64,000 nt of DNA from Candidatus Iainarchaeum sp. (lineage in GTDB: Archaea; Iainarchaeota; Iainarchaeia; Iainarchaeales; 0-14-0-20-30-16): contig JAQTTP010000003.1 of assembly GCA_028710695.1 (NCBI GenBank), positions 8,865 through 72,864 on the forward strand, given 5' to 3'. Position 1 is the first letter of the stretch. The number at the start of each line of letters is the position of its first letter. Positions 10,091-18,257 of the stretch are shown here, piece after piece. A program made the position numbers and the translations under genes. The notes beneath the pieces were generated by a model. The model was not told the origin of the DNA and made no database searches. It worked only from the letters and a program-made list of their open reading frames with translations.

Positions 10091-11389
10091 ATGGCTGCAG
10101 AAAAAAAGAAATATAACATAGTATTTATTGGGCACGTTGACCATGGAAAATCAACTCTTGTTGGTAGACTAATGTATGATTCAGGAAACGTACCTGAAAC
10201 AGTTATGCAAAAGTTGAAGAAAGAAGCTGAAGAAAGAGGAAAAGGAACATTCTCATTGGCTTATTTCATGGACAATCTGAAAGAAGAAAGAGAAAGAGGA
10301 GTAACAATTGATGTAAACTATAAACAATTGGAAACCCCTAAGAAAAAAATAACTGTAATTGATGCACCAGGCCACCAGGACTTTATTAAGAACATGATAA
10401 AGGGAACTAGCCAGGCAGATGTTGCTGTTTTAGTTGTAGCATCAAAAGAAGGTGTAATGCCTCAGACTAAAGAGCACGCATTCATTGCACAAGTTATGGG
10501 TATAAAGCAAATAATTGTTGCTGTTAATAAGATGGATGAAGTAAATTATGAGCAAGCAAAATATAACCAAGTTGCTGATGATGCAAAGAAATTGCTTGTA
10601 AGTACTGGGTTTAAAGCTGAAAACATTATAACAATCCCTTTATCAGCATGGATTGGAGACAACGTTGTTAAGAAATATGACAAAATGGCTTGGTATAATG
10701 GAAAGACTTTAATTGAATTATTGGATGAAATGGATCCACCAACATTGCCAACAGGAAAGCCATTAAGATTGCCAATTGAAGATGTTTATAACATTAAAGG
10801 AATTGGATTAGTGCCTGTAGGTAGAATTGAAACAGGTGTTTTAAAGCCTGGTGACAAAGTTATAGTTGAGCCTTCCCACAAAGTAGGAGAAGTTAAGACT
10901 GTAGAAGCTCACCACACATCAATACCTCAAGCAGAGCCTGGTGACAACATCGGATTCAGTGTAAGAGGATGGACTAAAGAAGATATTGGAAAGGGAGATG
11001 TAGTTGGATTAGAGAGTAACCCTCCAACAGTTGCAGTTGAGTTTACAGCACAAATAATTGTGTTGAACCACCCAACAGCTATGGCTGTAGGATATACTCC
11101 TGTATTCCACATGCACACTGCACAAGCATCCTGTACTATTACAGAATTAGTGAAGAAGTTGGACCCTAAGACTGGTGCAACATTACAAGAGAACCCACAA
11201 TTCTTGAAGACCGGAGATGCAGCAATAGTAAAAGTAAAACCATTGAAGCCAGTTGCAATGGAGAGTTATAAAGACTATCCACAGTTAGGAAGATTTGCAA
11301 TTAGGGATATGGGAAGAACAGTTGCTGCTGGAATTGTAGTAAGTGTAGTTCCAAGAGGTAATGTTAAGGAAGCAGCACCAAAAAAGTAA
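10091..11389 (+). CDS. tuf: Elongation factor 1-alpha (aEF-1a)
   Basis: G motifs GHVDHGKST, DAPGHQDF and NKMD. Full-length 432 aa. Strong SD AAGGAGGAG upstream. Confidence 0.95.
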   Translation: MAAEKKKYNIVFIGHVDHGKSTLVGRLMYDSGNVPETVMQKLKKEAEERGKGTFSLAYFMDNLKEERERGVTIDVNYKQLETPKKKITVIDAPGHQDFIKNMIKGTSQADVAVLVVASKEGVMPQTKEHAFIAQVMGIKQIIVAVNKMDEVNYEQAKYNQVADDAKKLLVSTGFKAENIITIPLSAWIGDNVVKKYDKMAWYNGKTLIELLDEMDPPTLPTGKPLRLPIEDVYNIKGIGLVPVGRIETGVLKPGDKVIVEPSHKVGEVKTVEAHHTSIPQAEPGDNIGFSVRGWTKEDIGKGDVVGLESNPPTVAVEFTAQIIVLNHPTAMAVGYTPVFHMHTAQASCTITELVKKLDPKTGATLQENPQFLKTGDAAIVKVKPLKPVAMESYKDYPQLGRFAIRDMGRTVAAGIVVSVVPRGNVKEAAPKK

Positions 11390-11397
11390 TATCCAAT

Positions 11398-11420
11398 AGG
11401 AAGTAACCCTTCCTTTTTTT
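11398..11420 (+). terminator. Hairpin plus T-run between tuf and rps10
   Basis: Stem AGGAAG / CTTCCT around loop TAACC, followed by T7. Confidence 0.45.
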
Positions 11421-11453
11421 ATTTTTTTAATATGAAAAAGAAAAGTGATAATT

Positions 11454-11759
11454 ATGGCGATGGCAAGAATAAAATTAAGTAGCCCAAATATAGAGCTATT
11501 GAACAAGATCAGCAATACTGTTATTGACATGGCTCAGAAAACGGGTATAAAGCATTCAGGAGTAATACCATTGCCTACAAAGAAAATGGTTATCCCTGTA
11601 AGAAAATCACCTTGTGGTGGTGGAACAGAATCTTATGAAAAGTGGCAAATGAGAGTTCATAAGAGAATAATAGACATTAACTCCGATGAGAGATTGCTGA
11701 AGAGATTAATGCATTTGGAATTACCAGATGATGTGTATATAGAAATAGAAATGAAATAG
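11454..11759 (+). CDS. rps10: 30S ribosomal protein S10
   Basis: Sequence ARIKLSS...GIKHSGVIPLPTKK and RVHKRIIDI. Operon position after tuf. Confidence 0.9.
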   Translation: MAMARIKLSSPNIELLNKISNTVIDMAQKTGIKHSGVIPLPTKKMVIPVRKSPCGGGTESYEKWQMRVHKRIIDINSDERLLKRLMHLELPDDVYIEIEMK

Positions 11760-11771
11760 AACTAATTAACT

Positions 11772-11807
11772 TGCAGACGTAAAGTCTGCATAACTCCTCA
11801 TTTTTTT
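11772..11807 (+). terminator. Operon-end hairpin plus T7
   Basis: TGCAGAC-GTAAA-GTCTGCA (7-bp stem), then T7 at 11801-11807. Confidence 0.6.
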
Positions 11808-11904
11808 ATACCTACACAACAACAATGAATTGACAAATTTTCTTGAATGTGTTGGTATATTTTATTTCGATAAGTTTTAAAAAAGGTGATTTATTATTAT
11901 TAAT

Positions 11905-12651
11905 ATGGTAGAATTTAGTGGAATTAGATCAAAAATGTATAAGGCTTGTTTAAAAGAATTTCCTCACGCAAGAGAAGAAGATATTGAAATTATGGAAAAA
12001 TATCTTGTACCTAAAAAAGATGAAACAATTTTAGAAGTTGGTGCAGGGAGTGGGATTTTTTCTAAACCTTTAGCTAATATTGTCAAAAAATTAATTGTGT
12101 CTGATCCATCTAAAGAACAATTAGATGAAATAAAATTATTACAATTAAAAAATATTGAATTAATTGAACAAGGCGCAGATACTTTAACATTAAAATCTGA
12201 AACTGTCAATGCAATTTGGTCTTTTGGTGCAATGCACCATTGCTTTAACAAAACTAAAGCCTTTCAAAATTTTGCAAAAGTTTTAAAGAAAAGTGGGCGA
12301 TTAGTTTTGGCAGATGTGTGGTGTGGCTCAAAATTAGCTAAGCATTTTGATACTCAAGTTGCTAAGTTTTGTGTTACTGGACACGAAGTTGCATTTTGGA
12401 CTGACGAATTTGCAGAAAGCCTTTGTTTTTTAACTGGATTTGAAAAACCAAAAATTCTAGATTTACAGATTCAATGGAAGTTTAAATCAAAAAAAGATAT
12501 TGGAATATTTTTGTATAAAATTCACGCAATGACTAAAACAACTCCTGAAAACTGCCTAAAAGGTGCTGAAGAAATTCTTGGAATTGAAAAAAAGAAAGGA
12601 TTATATTGTTTAAATTGGCCTATGAAGATAATAGTCTCTAAAAAAATTTAG
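11905..12651 (+). CDS. Class I SAM-dependent methyltransferase
   Basis: Motif I ILEVGAGSGIFS, followed by LVLADV. Confidence 0.7.
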   Translation: MVEFSGIRSKMYKACLKEFPHAREEDIEIMEKYLVPKKDETILEVGAGSGIFSKPLANIVKKLIVSDPSKEQLDEIKLLQLKNIELIEQGADTLTLKSETVNAIWSFGAMHHCFNKTKAFQNFAKVLKKSGRLVLADVWCGSKLAKHFDTQVAKFCVTGHEVAFWTDEFAESLCFLTGFEKPKILDLQIQWKFKSKKDIGIFLYKIHAMTKTTPENCLKGAEEILGIEKKKGLYCLNWPMKIIVSKKI

Positions 12652-12665
12652 TTATTAGTGATTTT

Positions 12666-13337
12666 ATGAAAGACGGTCTTGCTTGGAATAAAAAACACTA
12701 TAATGTTAGTAACTTTGAACAATATGATTTAACTCCGGCCCCATTTCTTGTAAGTAATTTGCATTACTTAAAAGAAAATAATTCTAAACTTATTTTAGAT
12801 GCGGGTTGTGGACAAGGAAGAAATTTGCTTTTCTTGTTAGAAAATGGATTTGAAGTAATTGGTGTTGATGGTGCACCCAATGCATTACAAGTTGCAAGTG
12901 ATCTTTTAAGATCAAAAAAAATGAAAAAATATACTTTAATTAATCAAGAATTACAAGATATTTCTAAATTAAAAAATGAAACTGTTGATGCAATTGTTAG
13001 CATAACAGTTTTAACACATATTTTTGATCCAGAAAAAGTAATTGGGGAATTTTCTAGAATATTAAAAAAAGACGGGCTACTTATTGTGGACTTTGCAACA
13101 ATTAGAGATTCTACTTATGAATATATTTCTAAAGGAACAAAATTAGGGCAAAATATGTTTTTAGAGCAAGGTACAAAAGTGAAATATATTGAAGATAAAA
13201 AAGAGATAATACCACTGTTTAAGGCCTTTGAAATAATTTCTATTAACGAGGAATCTTTTATTGAACCAGGCCACCCTGGCTCAAGGCCTTTTGAACATGA
13301 ACATAGTTCATATGTTGTTATAGCAAAAAAGAAGTGA
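12666..13337 (+). CDS. Class I SAM-dependent methyltransferase
   Basis: Motif I ILDAGCGQGRNLLFL, then EVIGVDGAP and GLLIVDF. Confidence 0.75.
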   Translation: MKDGLAWNKKHYNVSNFEQYDLTPAPFLVSNLHYLKENNSKLILDAGCGQGRNLLFLLENGFEVIGVDGAPNALQVASDLLRSKKMKKYTLINQELQDISKLKNETVDAIVSITVLTHIFDPEKVIGEFSRILKKDGLLIVDFATIRDSTYEYISKGTKLGQNMFLEQGTKVKYIEDKKEIIPLFKAFEIISINEESFIEPGHPGSRPFEHEHSSYVVIAKKK

Positions 13338-13342
13338 TTATT

Positions 13343-14323
13343 ATGCAACTAACTCCATCTCAGGAAAAAATGCTAAAAGGCAGGCAATATGGGCTTGTGG
13401 GAAAGCAAGGCGCTGTTCAGATATGTGAATGGACCAAGAAAAGCTTGCGAGATCAGGATGACTGCTACAAAAACAAGTTCTATGGTGTGAAAACCTATTC
13501 CTGTGCACAAATAACTCCTAATGTCTTGACTTGTGACCAGAACTGTATATTCTGTTGGCGGCCGCTTGAGATGTATAATACTAAGAAAATATCCAAGAAA
13601 GAGGCAATAAAGCCAAAAGAGCTTGTAGACAAGCTTGTTAAAGAAAGAAGGCTGCTGTTGATTGGCTTTAAAGGCTATGAAAAGGTGAACAGGAAGAAAC
13701 TAACTGCTTCTATTGAGGAATTCCCTAAGCACTGGGCAATCTCCCTTTCTGGAGAGCCTACTCTTTACCCTTATCTGCCGGAGTTGGTAAAAGAGCTCAA
13801 AAAGCACAAGGTGGAGAGCATATTTGTAGTTACAAATGGCCAGAACCCAGAAATGCTAAAGAAACTAAAGGAAAAGAAGGCTTTGCCTTCACAATTATAC
13901 CTCTCTTTGGTTGCCTATGATCCCAAATCCTATGCTCAGATAAACAAAGGAGTGAGTAGAGATGGCTTTAAAGCCCTAAAGAAGAGCCTAAATCTGCTGA
14001 AAACCCTAAAAGTAAGGTCTGTAATCAGGGTTACCCTAATCAAAGGCTATAACACTGAAAAGGAGCAATTAGAGAAACTTGCGGGACTTATCGAAGGTTC
14101 TGGGGCGGATTTTGTAGAAGTAAAGGCCTATATGTGGATAGGGGATTCTAGAAAGAAGCTCGGGCAGGAAAATATGCCTTTGTTTAGTGAAATCAAGGAT
14201 TACACAAAGATCTTGCTAAAGTCTTTGAAAGATTACAAAAAAGAAAACGAATGTGAAGCATCAAGGATCATTTTGCTAAAGAATAAGAAAAGTAAATATA
14301 ATACAAAATTAATTGCCCGCTAG
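13343..14323 (+). CDS. taw1: 4-demethylwyosine synthase (radical SAM TYW1/Taw1)
   Basis: Radical-SAM cluster CDQNCIFCWRP. Motif HWAISLSGEPTLYPYLPELV...FVVTNGQNPE...QLYLSL. Noticeably more GC-rich than its flanks. Confidence 0.8.
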   Translation: MQLTPSQEKMLKGRQYGLVGKQGAVQICEWTKKSLRDQDDCYKNKFYGVKTYSCAQITPNVLTCDQNCIFCWRPLEMYNTKKISKKEAIKPKELVDKLVKERRLLLIGFKGYEKVNRKKLTASIEEFPKHWAISLSGEPTLYPYLPELVKELKKHKVESIFVVTNGQNPEMLKKLKEKKALPSQLYLSLVAYDPKSYAQINKGVSRDGFKALKKSLNLLKTLKVRSVIRVTLIKGYNTEKEQLEKLAGLIEGSGADFVEVKAYMWIGDSRKKLGQENMPLFSEIKDYTKILLKSLKDYKKENECEASRIILLKNKKSKYNTKLIAR

Positions 14324-14374
14324 TTTTTACACAATTCCCAAAGATAAATAAACCTAACTTGTGACTAGGATATA

Positions 14375-14971
14375 ATGGTTAAAAAACAGGCAGACAAAGA
14401 AACTGGATTTTTACAAGGTCTTTTGTATGGTCTAATTCCACATGCGGGTTGTATTGCATTTGTATTGTTTTCAATATTTGGTGCTACTGCAGCAGCATCT
14501 ATTTTTAGGCCATTATTATTGAAATCATATTTCTTTTATGGCCTTTTGGGCTTGTCTTTTTTATTTGCTACAATCTCAGCAATATTTTATCTTAGCAAAC
14601 ATAAAGCCTTATCTGCAGAAGGTGTGAAAAAAAGATGGAAATATTTGTCAATTTTGTATGGCACAACAATTAGTATTAATTTGCTACTGTTTTTTGTAGT
14701 ATTTCCTTATGCAGTAAATTTGTCTGCCCCAACAATTCAAGTTGATAATGTTGATAATCTGAACACAGTTGTGCTTAATGTAGATATTCCTTGTTCAGGG
14801 CATGCTCCATTAATAACTACTGAACTTTATGGTTTACAAGGCATAACTAAAGTAGATTACAGTATTCCTACTGAGTTTAAAGTGCAATTTGATTCTTCTA
14901 AAATTTCAAAAACAGAAATACTAAGTTTAGAAATATTTAAAGAATTTAAAGCAACAGAAATAAGTTCTTGA
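14375..14971 (+). CDS. Membrane protein with C-terminal ferredoxin-fold (HMA-like) domain
   Basis: About 4 hydrophobic helices. C-terminal VVLNVDIPCSGHAPLITTELYGLQGITKVDY resembles a heavy-metal-associated domain but lacks CxxC. Confidence 0.4.
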   Translation: MVKKQADKETGFLQGLLYGLIPHAGCIAFVLFSIFGATAAASIFRPLLLKSYFFYGLLGLSFLFATISAIFYLSKHKALSAEGVKKRWKYLSILYGTTISINLLLFFVVFPYAVNLSAPTIQVDNVDNLNTVVLNVDIPCSGHAPLITTELYGLQGITKVDYSIPTEFKVQFDSSKISKTEILSLEIFKEFKATEISS

Positions 14972-14979
14972 ATAAAATA

Positions 14980-15851
14980 TTATTTTCCAAAAACTAAAGG
15001 AATTATTTTAGTATATCTTTTTTTGTCTATTCTATATGCTAAATAATATGGGCTTAGGGAACGTATGAACAGTAAAAATTTGTTTTGAAAGTTTTTTTTG
15101 CTTTTCAAGCCATTTATTTTTTTTACTTTGTATTTGTCATTTCCGATCGGCTCTGACCAAAAATTGCAAAAATCTAATGCTCCACGCATATTATTAATAC
15201 AATTTATTCTTAACCCACGTTCCCATCGTCTATTTTTAAATAACTTTTTCTGTCTTGTTTTTTCCATTTCTGTTTTTAATCTGTCGGCTATTTTTGTAGG
15301 CGTAACAATAATTTCATCTTGTTTTGTTTCATAAAATATCATTTGTAAAATTGATCCCAAACATTCGATTACATCTACTTGTGCTAGTTGATACATTGAA
15401 GAGTTATAAGAAAAAATGTTTTTAGGTATGAACCCCCAACACTTTAATAATTTTTGGTCTAAAAAGCCATTTGAGGATGATGGGAATGGTTTGTATCTAA
15501 ATCGGCCATGATAATGATCTATTCCATTGTTAATCCTAATAGTTACGGGTATTATGTCTTTGCCATTTTTTACTTTGAACGCATATTTTAAATCTTTTTT
15601 ATTACGATTAAAGCCAATAAGATCTATGTCACTAGTATCTGTGGCGCCGTTATAATCGACACTACCATATACAATTAAATCTTCGCAAATTTTTGGCTGT
15701 AAAAATAGTGTTCTTATTTCTTGAGAAATTGGCCCTAACGTTTCTTTTCTTGAACCATTAAAATTATATTTTAATATTTTGTTTGTGTAATAAAAGTCCC
15801 AAGTAAGGCCTCTGATCCTTTTGAAGCTATTTAAAAAATCTTGATGCTCAT
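14980..15851 (-). pseudogene. Pol-beta-superfamily nucleotidyltransferase-domain protein with a frame break near the 5' end
   Basis: The frame of track ORF 14980-15396 stays open upstream to 15876 with no ATG/GTG/TTG. It encodes YGSVDYNGATDTSDIDLIGF (GS...DxD NTase motif). ATG 15851 is one frame off and would join if the A6 run at 15833-15838 had one more base. Confidence 0.5.
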
Positions 15852-15893
15852 CTTGTATATTAACTATAAAAACACCCTAATAAATATAAAGCT

Positions 15894-16427
15894 TTATTTT
15901 TTAGTTAGCCAACTTTTATGTAAGTTTTCGTACAATATTTTTATTTCTTTCCAGGGAGCCGTATTCTTGTCTTCCATAAACGTTATCATTAATTTATATG
16001 CCTCTTCTTTTAATAGTTCTCCATCAATCTTTGGCCAATTATTTTTATACCAATTTTTTAGGCTGTTTTGATTTATGTTCGTAGCGCCGCCATGTGGATC
16101 TGGACAGGCAAAAACAATTCTTGAAATTCTATGGAGTACTGCAGATCCAAGGCACATTAAACAAGGCTCCAAGGTTGTAAATAACTCAATGTTTGCATGA
16201 TCAGTTTTTATGCTTTTTTTAATTGCTGCGGAACATTTTGCCATTAGTTTTGCTTCAGCATGTGATGCCCAATCCATTTTTGTAAGAATAGAATTCCTTG
16301 TTTTACCCACCACCTTGTTATTTATTACTAAAACTGCACCTACTGGATAATCGCCCTTATTTAAGGCCTGCTTTGCTTCTTTTAGGGCAATCTTCATGAA
16401 TTTTGTGTCGTTAGTTGAGAATGTCAT
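15894..16427 (-). CDS. CMP/dCMP-type zinc deaminase (TadA / guanine deaminase-like)
   Basis: Motifs HAEAKLM and EPCLMCLGA (H-A-E ... PCxxC). Confidence 0.8.
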   Translation of the reverse strand: MTFSTNDTKFMKIALKEAKQALNKGDYPVGAVLVINNKVVGKTRNSILTKMDWASHAEAKLMAKCSAAIKKSIKTDHANIELFTTLEPCLMCLGSAVLHRISRIVFACPDPHGGATNINQNSLKNWYKNNWPKIDGELLKEEAYKLMITFMEDKNTAPWKEIKILYENLHKSWLTKK

Positions 16428-16485
16428 AACAAATATGTCTTGGATTTATATTATAAAACTAGCTTGTTAAATTGGTTCAAATAAT

Positions 16486-16514
16486 AAAAAAAGTATAATC
16501 TGCCCCGAAGGGCA
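16486..16514 (-). terminator. C(UUCG)G tetraloop hairpin plus T-run downstream of csp
   Basis: Minus strand reads TGCCC-TTCG-GGGCA, then T7 (A7 at 16486-16492 on the + strand). Confidence 0.5.
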
Positions 16515-16522
16515 AATTGATC

Positions 16523-16708
16523 TTAAGCTTTAGCAACGTTTACTGCTTTAGGGCCTTTTTCTCCCTTTTCTACATCGAAAGTAACTGCTTCATCTTTGTT
16601 TATACTTTCCTTTAATCCAGTCTGATGAACAAAGTAATCTTTGTTATCTTCTCCAGATATAAATCCGAAACCTTTAGTTTCATTGTAAAATTTTACTACG
16701 CCATTCAT
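16523..16708 (-). CDS. csp: Cold-shock domain protein
   Basis: VVKFYNETKGFGFI and DYFVH (RNP1/RNP2-like motifs). 61 aa. Full SD GGAGGAGA upstream. Confidence 0.9.
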   Translation of the reverse strand: MNGVVKFYNETKGFGFISGEDNKDYFVHQTGLKESINKDEAVTFDVEKGEKGPKAVNVAKA

Positions 16709-16821
16709 TTAATTCTCCTCCGAAAAACTTTAGAAATAGATTAACTCAATTTGAACTATTAAAATACTTCTATGATTATTGGGCAACAGTGTGCTTTTAA
16801 ATGCTTTGCTTTTGTTTGTGA

Positions 16822-17643
16822 TTAGATTAGCAGTTTAGGCCAGAATAATATGATAATCCCTAATACCACCATTATTAGCCCAGTAATTAGCTTTATCCAC
16901 TGCATTTGCTTCTTTGAAATTGTTTTTTCTTTGAAAGAATAGATGAACCACCCAGAAATCGCAAGTAACGGGATTACATAAATTAGGCAATATAATAGTA
17001 TGTAAAGATAATGTGAGAATCCCAAAGCATTTTGTGATAAAATTGTTGTATAAATTAATGGTAGCCCAACAGTACAAGGAATCTCAATCATAGAGGTAAA
17101 TAAAGCCAATAATACACTTGCACCAATTAAACTTAGGATCGTTCCGGAAGTTATTTTGTCTTTTAATGCTTGTATCTTCCCAGTTACTTTTGCTTTGTCT
17201 TTATCTTGTATCATCAAAGTTATGCCTTTTCTGAACCAGATAAATTCTTTCCAGTTTATTAGTCCGGCAATTATTGCAATGATTCCCACAATAATTCTTA
17301 AAATATCTACAAATCCGATAACGCTCAGAACTGTAAGCCATGCAGACATGAAAAGGAAATAAATCACAAAAACAACAATGATGAATGATAATGCAACCGC
17401 AAGCATCTTTTTTCTTGAATCTGAAACCGAAACAAGTAAGCTTAGAATCAAACCAAATACAAAAAATGTGCAAGGATTAAAACCATCTAATAGACCAACA
17501 AGAATTGTTAAAATTGGCAACGGCAATGAACCAGCAAAATTCTTTATTGAATCTTGATTTATTAAACTTAAAACTATGAATATAAGTATTATTCCAACAA
17601 GTAGGCTTAAACTAATGATTAATCTTTTTTTGTTGGGAGTCAT
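16822..17643 (-). CDS. Polytopic membrane protein, CcdA/DsbD-like thiol-disulfide transporter candidate
   Basis: About 7 TM helices with intramembrane Cys in GFNPCTFFVF and IEIPCTVGLP. Adjacent to a thioredoxin-fold gene. Confidence 0.45.
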   Translation of the reverse strand: MTPNKKRLIISLSLLVGIILIFIVLSLINQDSIKNFAGSLPLPILTILVGLLDGFNPCTFFVFGLILSLLVSVSDSRKKMLAVALSFIIVVFVIYFLFMSAWLTVLSVIGFVDILRIIVGIIAIIAGLINWKEFIWFRKGITLMIQDKDKAKVTGKIQALKDKITSGTILSLIGASVLLALFTSMIEIPCTVGLPLIYTTILSQNALGFSHYLYILLYCLIYVIPLLAISGWFIYSFKEKTISKKQMQWIKLITGLIMVVLGIIILFWPKLLI

Positions 17644-17650
17644 TAAATGA

Positions 17651-18112
17651 TCACTTTTGCTCTAATGCATATTTACTTAGTGTTTCTAGTAAAGTATTTT
17701 CATCCATAAATCCAATATAAGCATCCCCGCCAATTATTGTTGTGGGTGTATATTGGAAATCAACCATTAATGTATCTTCAATATAACTTCTTTGTTCTGA
17801 TTCTGAAACATCATATTTATGGAAAACATAATTTGTGTCTTGTTCTACTTTTTCAATTGTTTTTAAAAATTCTTTACATGCTCCACAATATTTTGACTCT
17901 ATAACCACAATCTTGTCTTTTATGTTTCCTGCTTCAACATTGGCAGCAGGAATTGGGCCGTCTTTGGCTATAAAAAAAGTCTTTAACACATTACTATCAG
18001 AATTTGTGTCATTGTTGCTATTATTTGAATTGCCTGAAAGTACCATCAAAACTACTATTACTATTACTAATAAAACAAGTACAATTGTGGAGTAAAGATT
18101 CTTTTTGTCCAT
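17651..18112 (-). CDS. Membrane-anchored thioredoxin-fold protein
   Basis: N-terminal TM helix and CGAC (CxxC) motif in VVIESKYCGACKEF. Confidence 0.65.
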   Translation of the reverse strand: MDKKNLYSTIVLVLLVIVIVVLMVLSGNSNNSNNDTNSDSNVLKTFFIAKDGPIPAANVEAGNIKDKIVVIESKYCGACKEFLKTIEKVEQDTNYVFHKYDVSESEQRSYIEDTLMVDFQYTPTTIIGGDAYIGFMDENTLLETLSKYALEQK

Positions 18113-18257
18113 AAAGATAACACCCTTTATTTATGGGCCTGAAACAATTTGCCTTTTTTGTAAATTGCTTTCTTGTCCATAAAGATAACACCTATGGTTT
18201 ATTAAAAGCTCAACATGTTTAAAAATATATCTCTGTACTGTGCAAATTAGGGGGGAA

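Noticed and set aside
14980-16427. NTase plus deaminase considered as a CBASS-like or other nucleotide-signalling defence module.
   Set aside because: No effector, cyclase-specific motif or accessory gene is adjacent. The GS...DxD motif is generic to the Pol-beta superfamily, and the gene has a broken frame.
18105-18192. Possible CRISPR-like repeat (a 20-mer repeated with a ~48-nt spacer).
   Set aside because: There are only two copies, the repeat contains the gene's own start codon, and no further units or cas genes exist. No CRISPR array was seen anywhere in the window.
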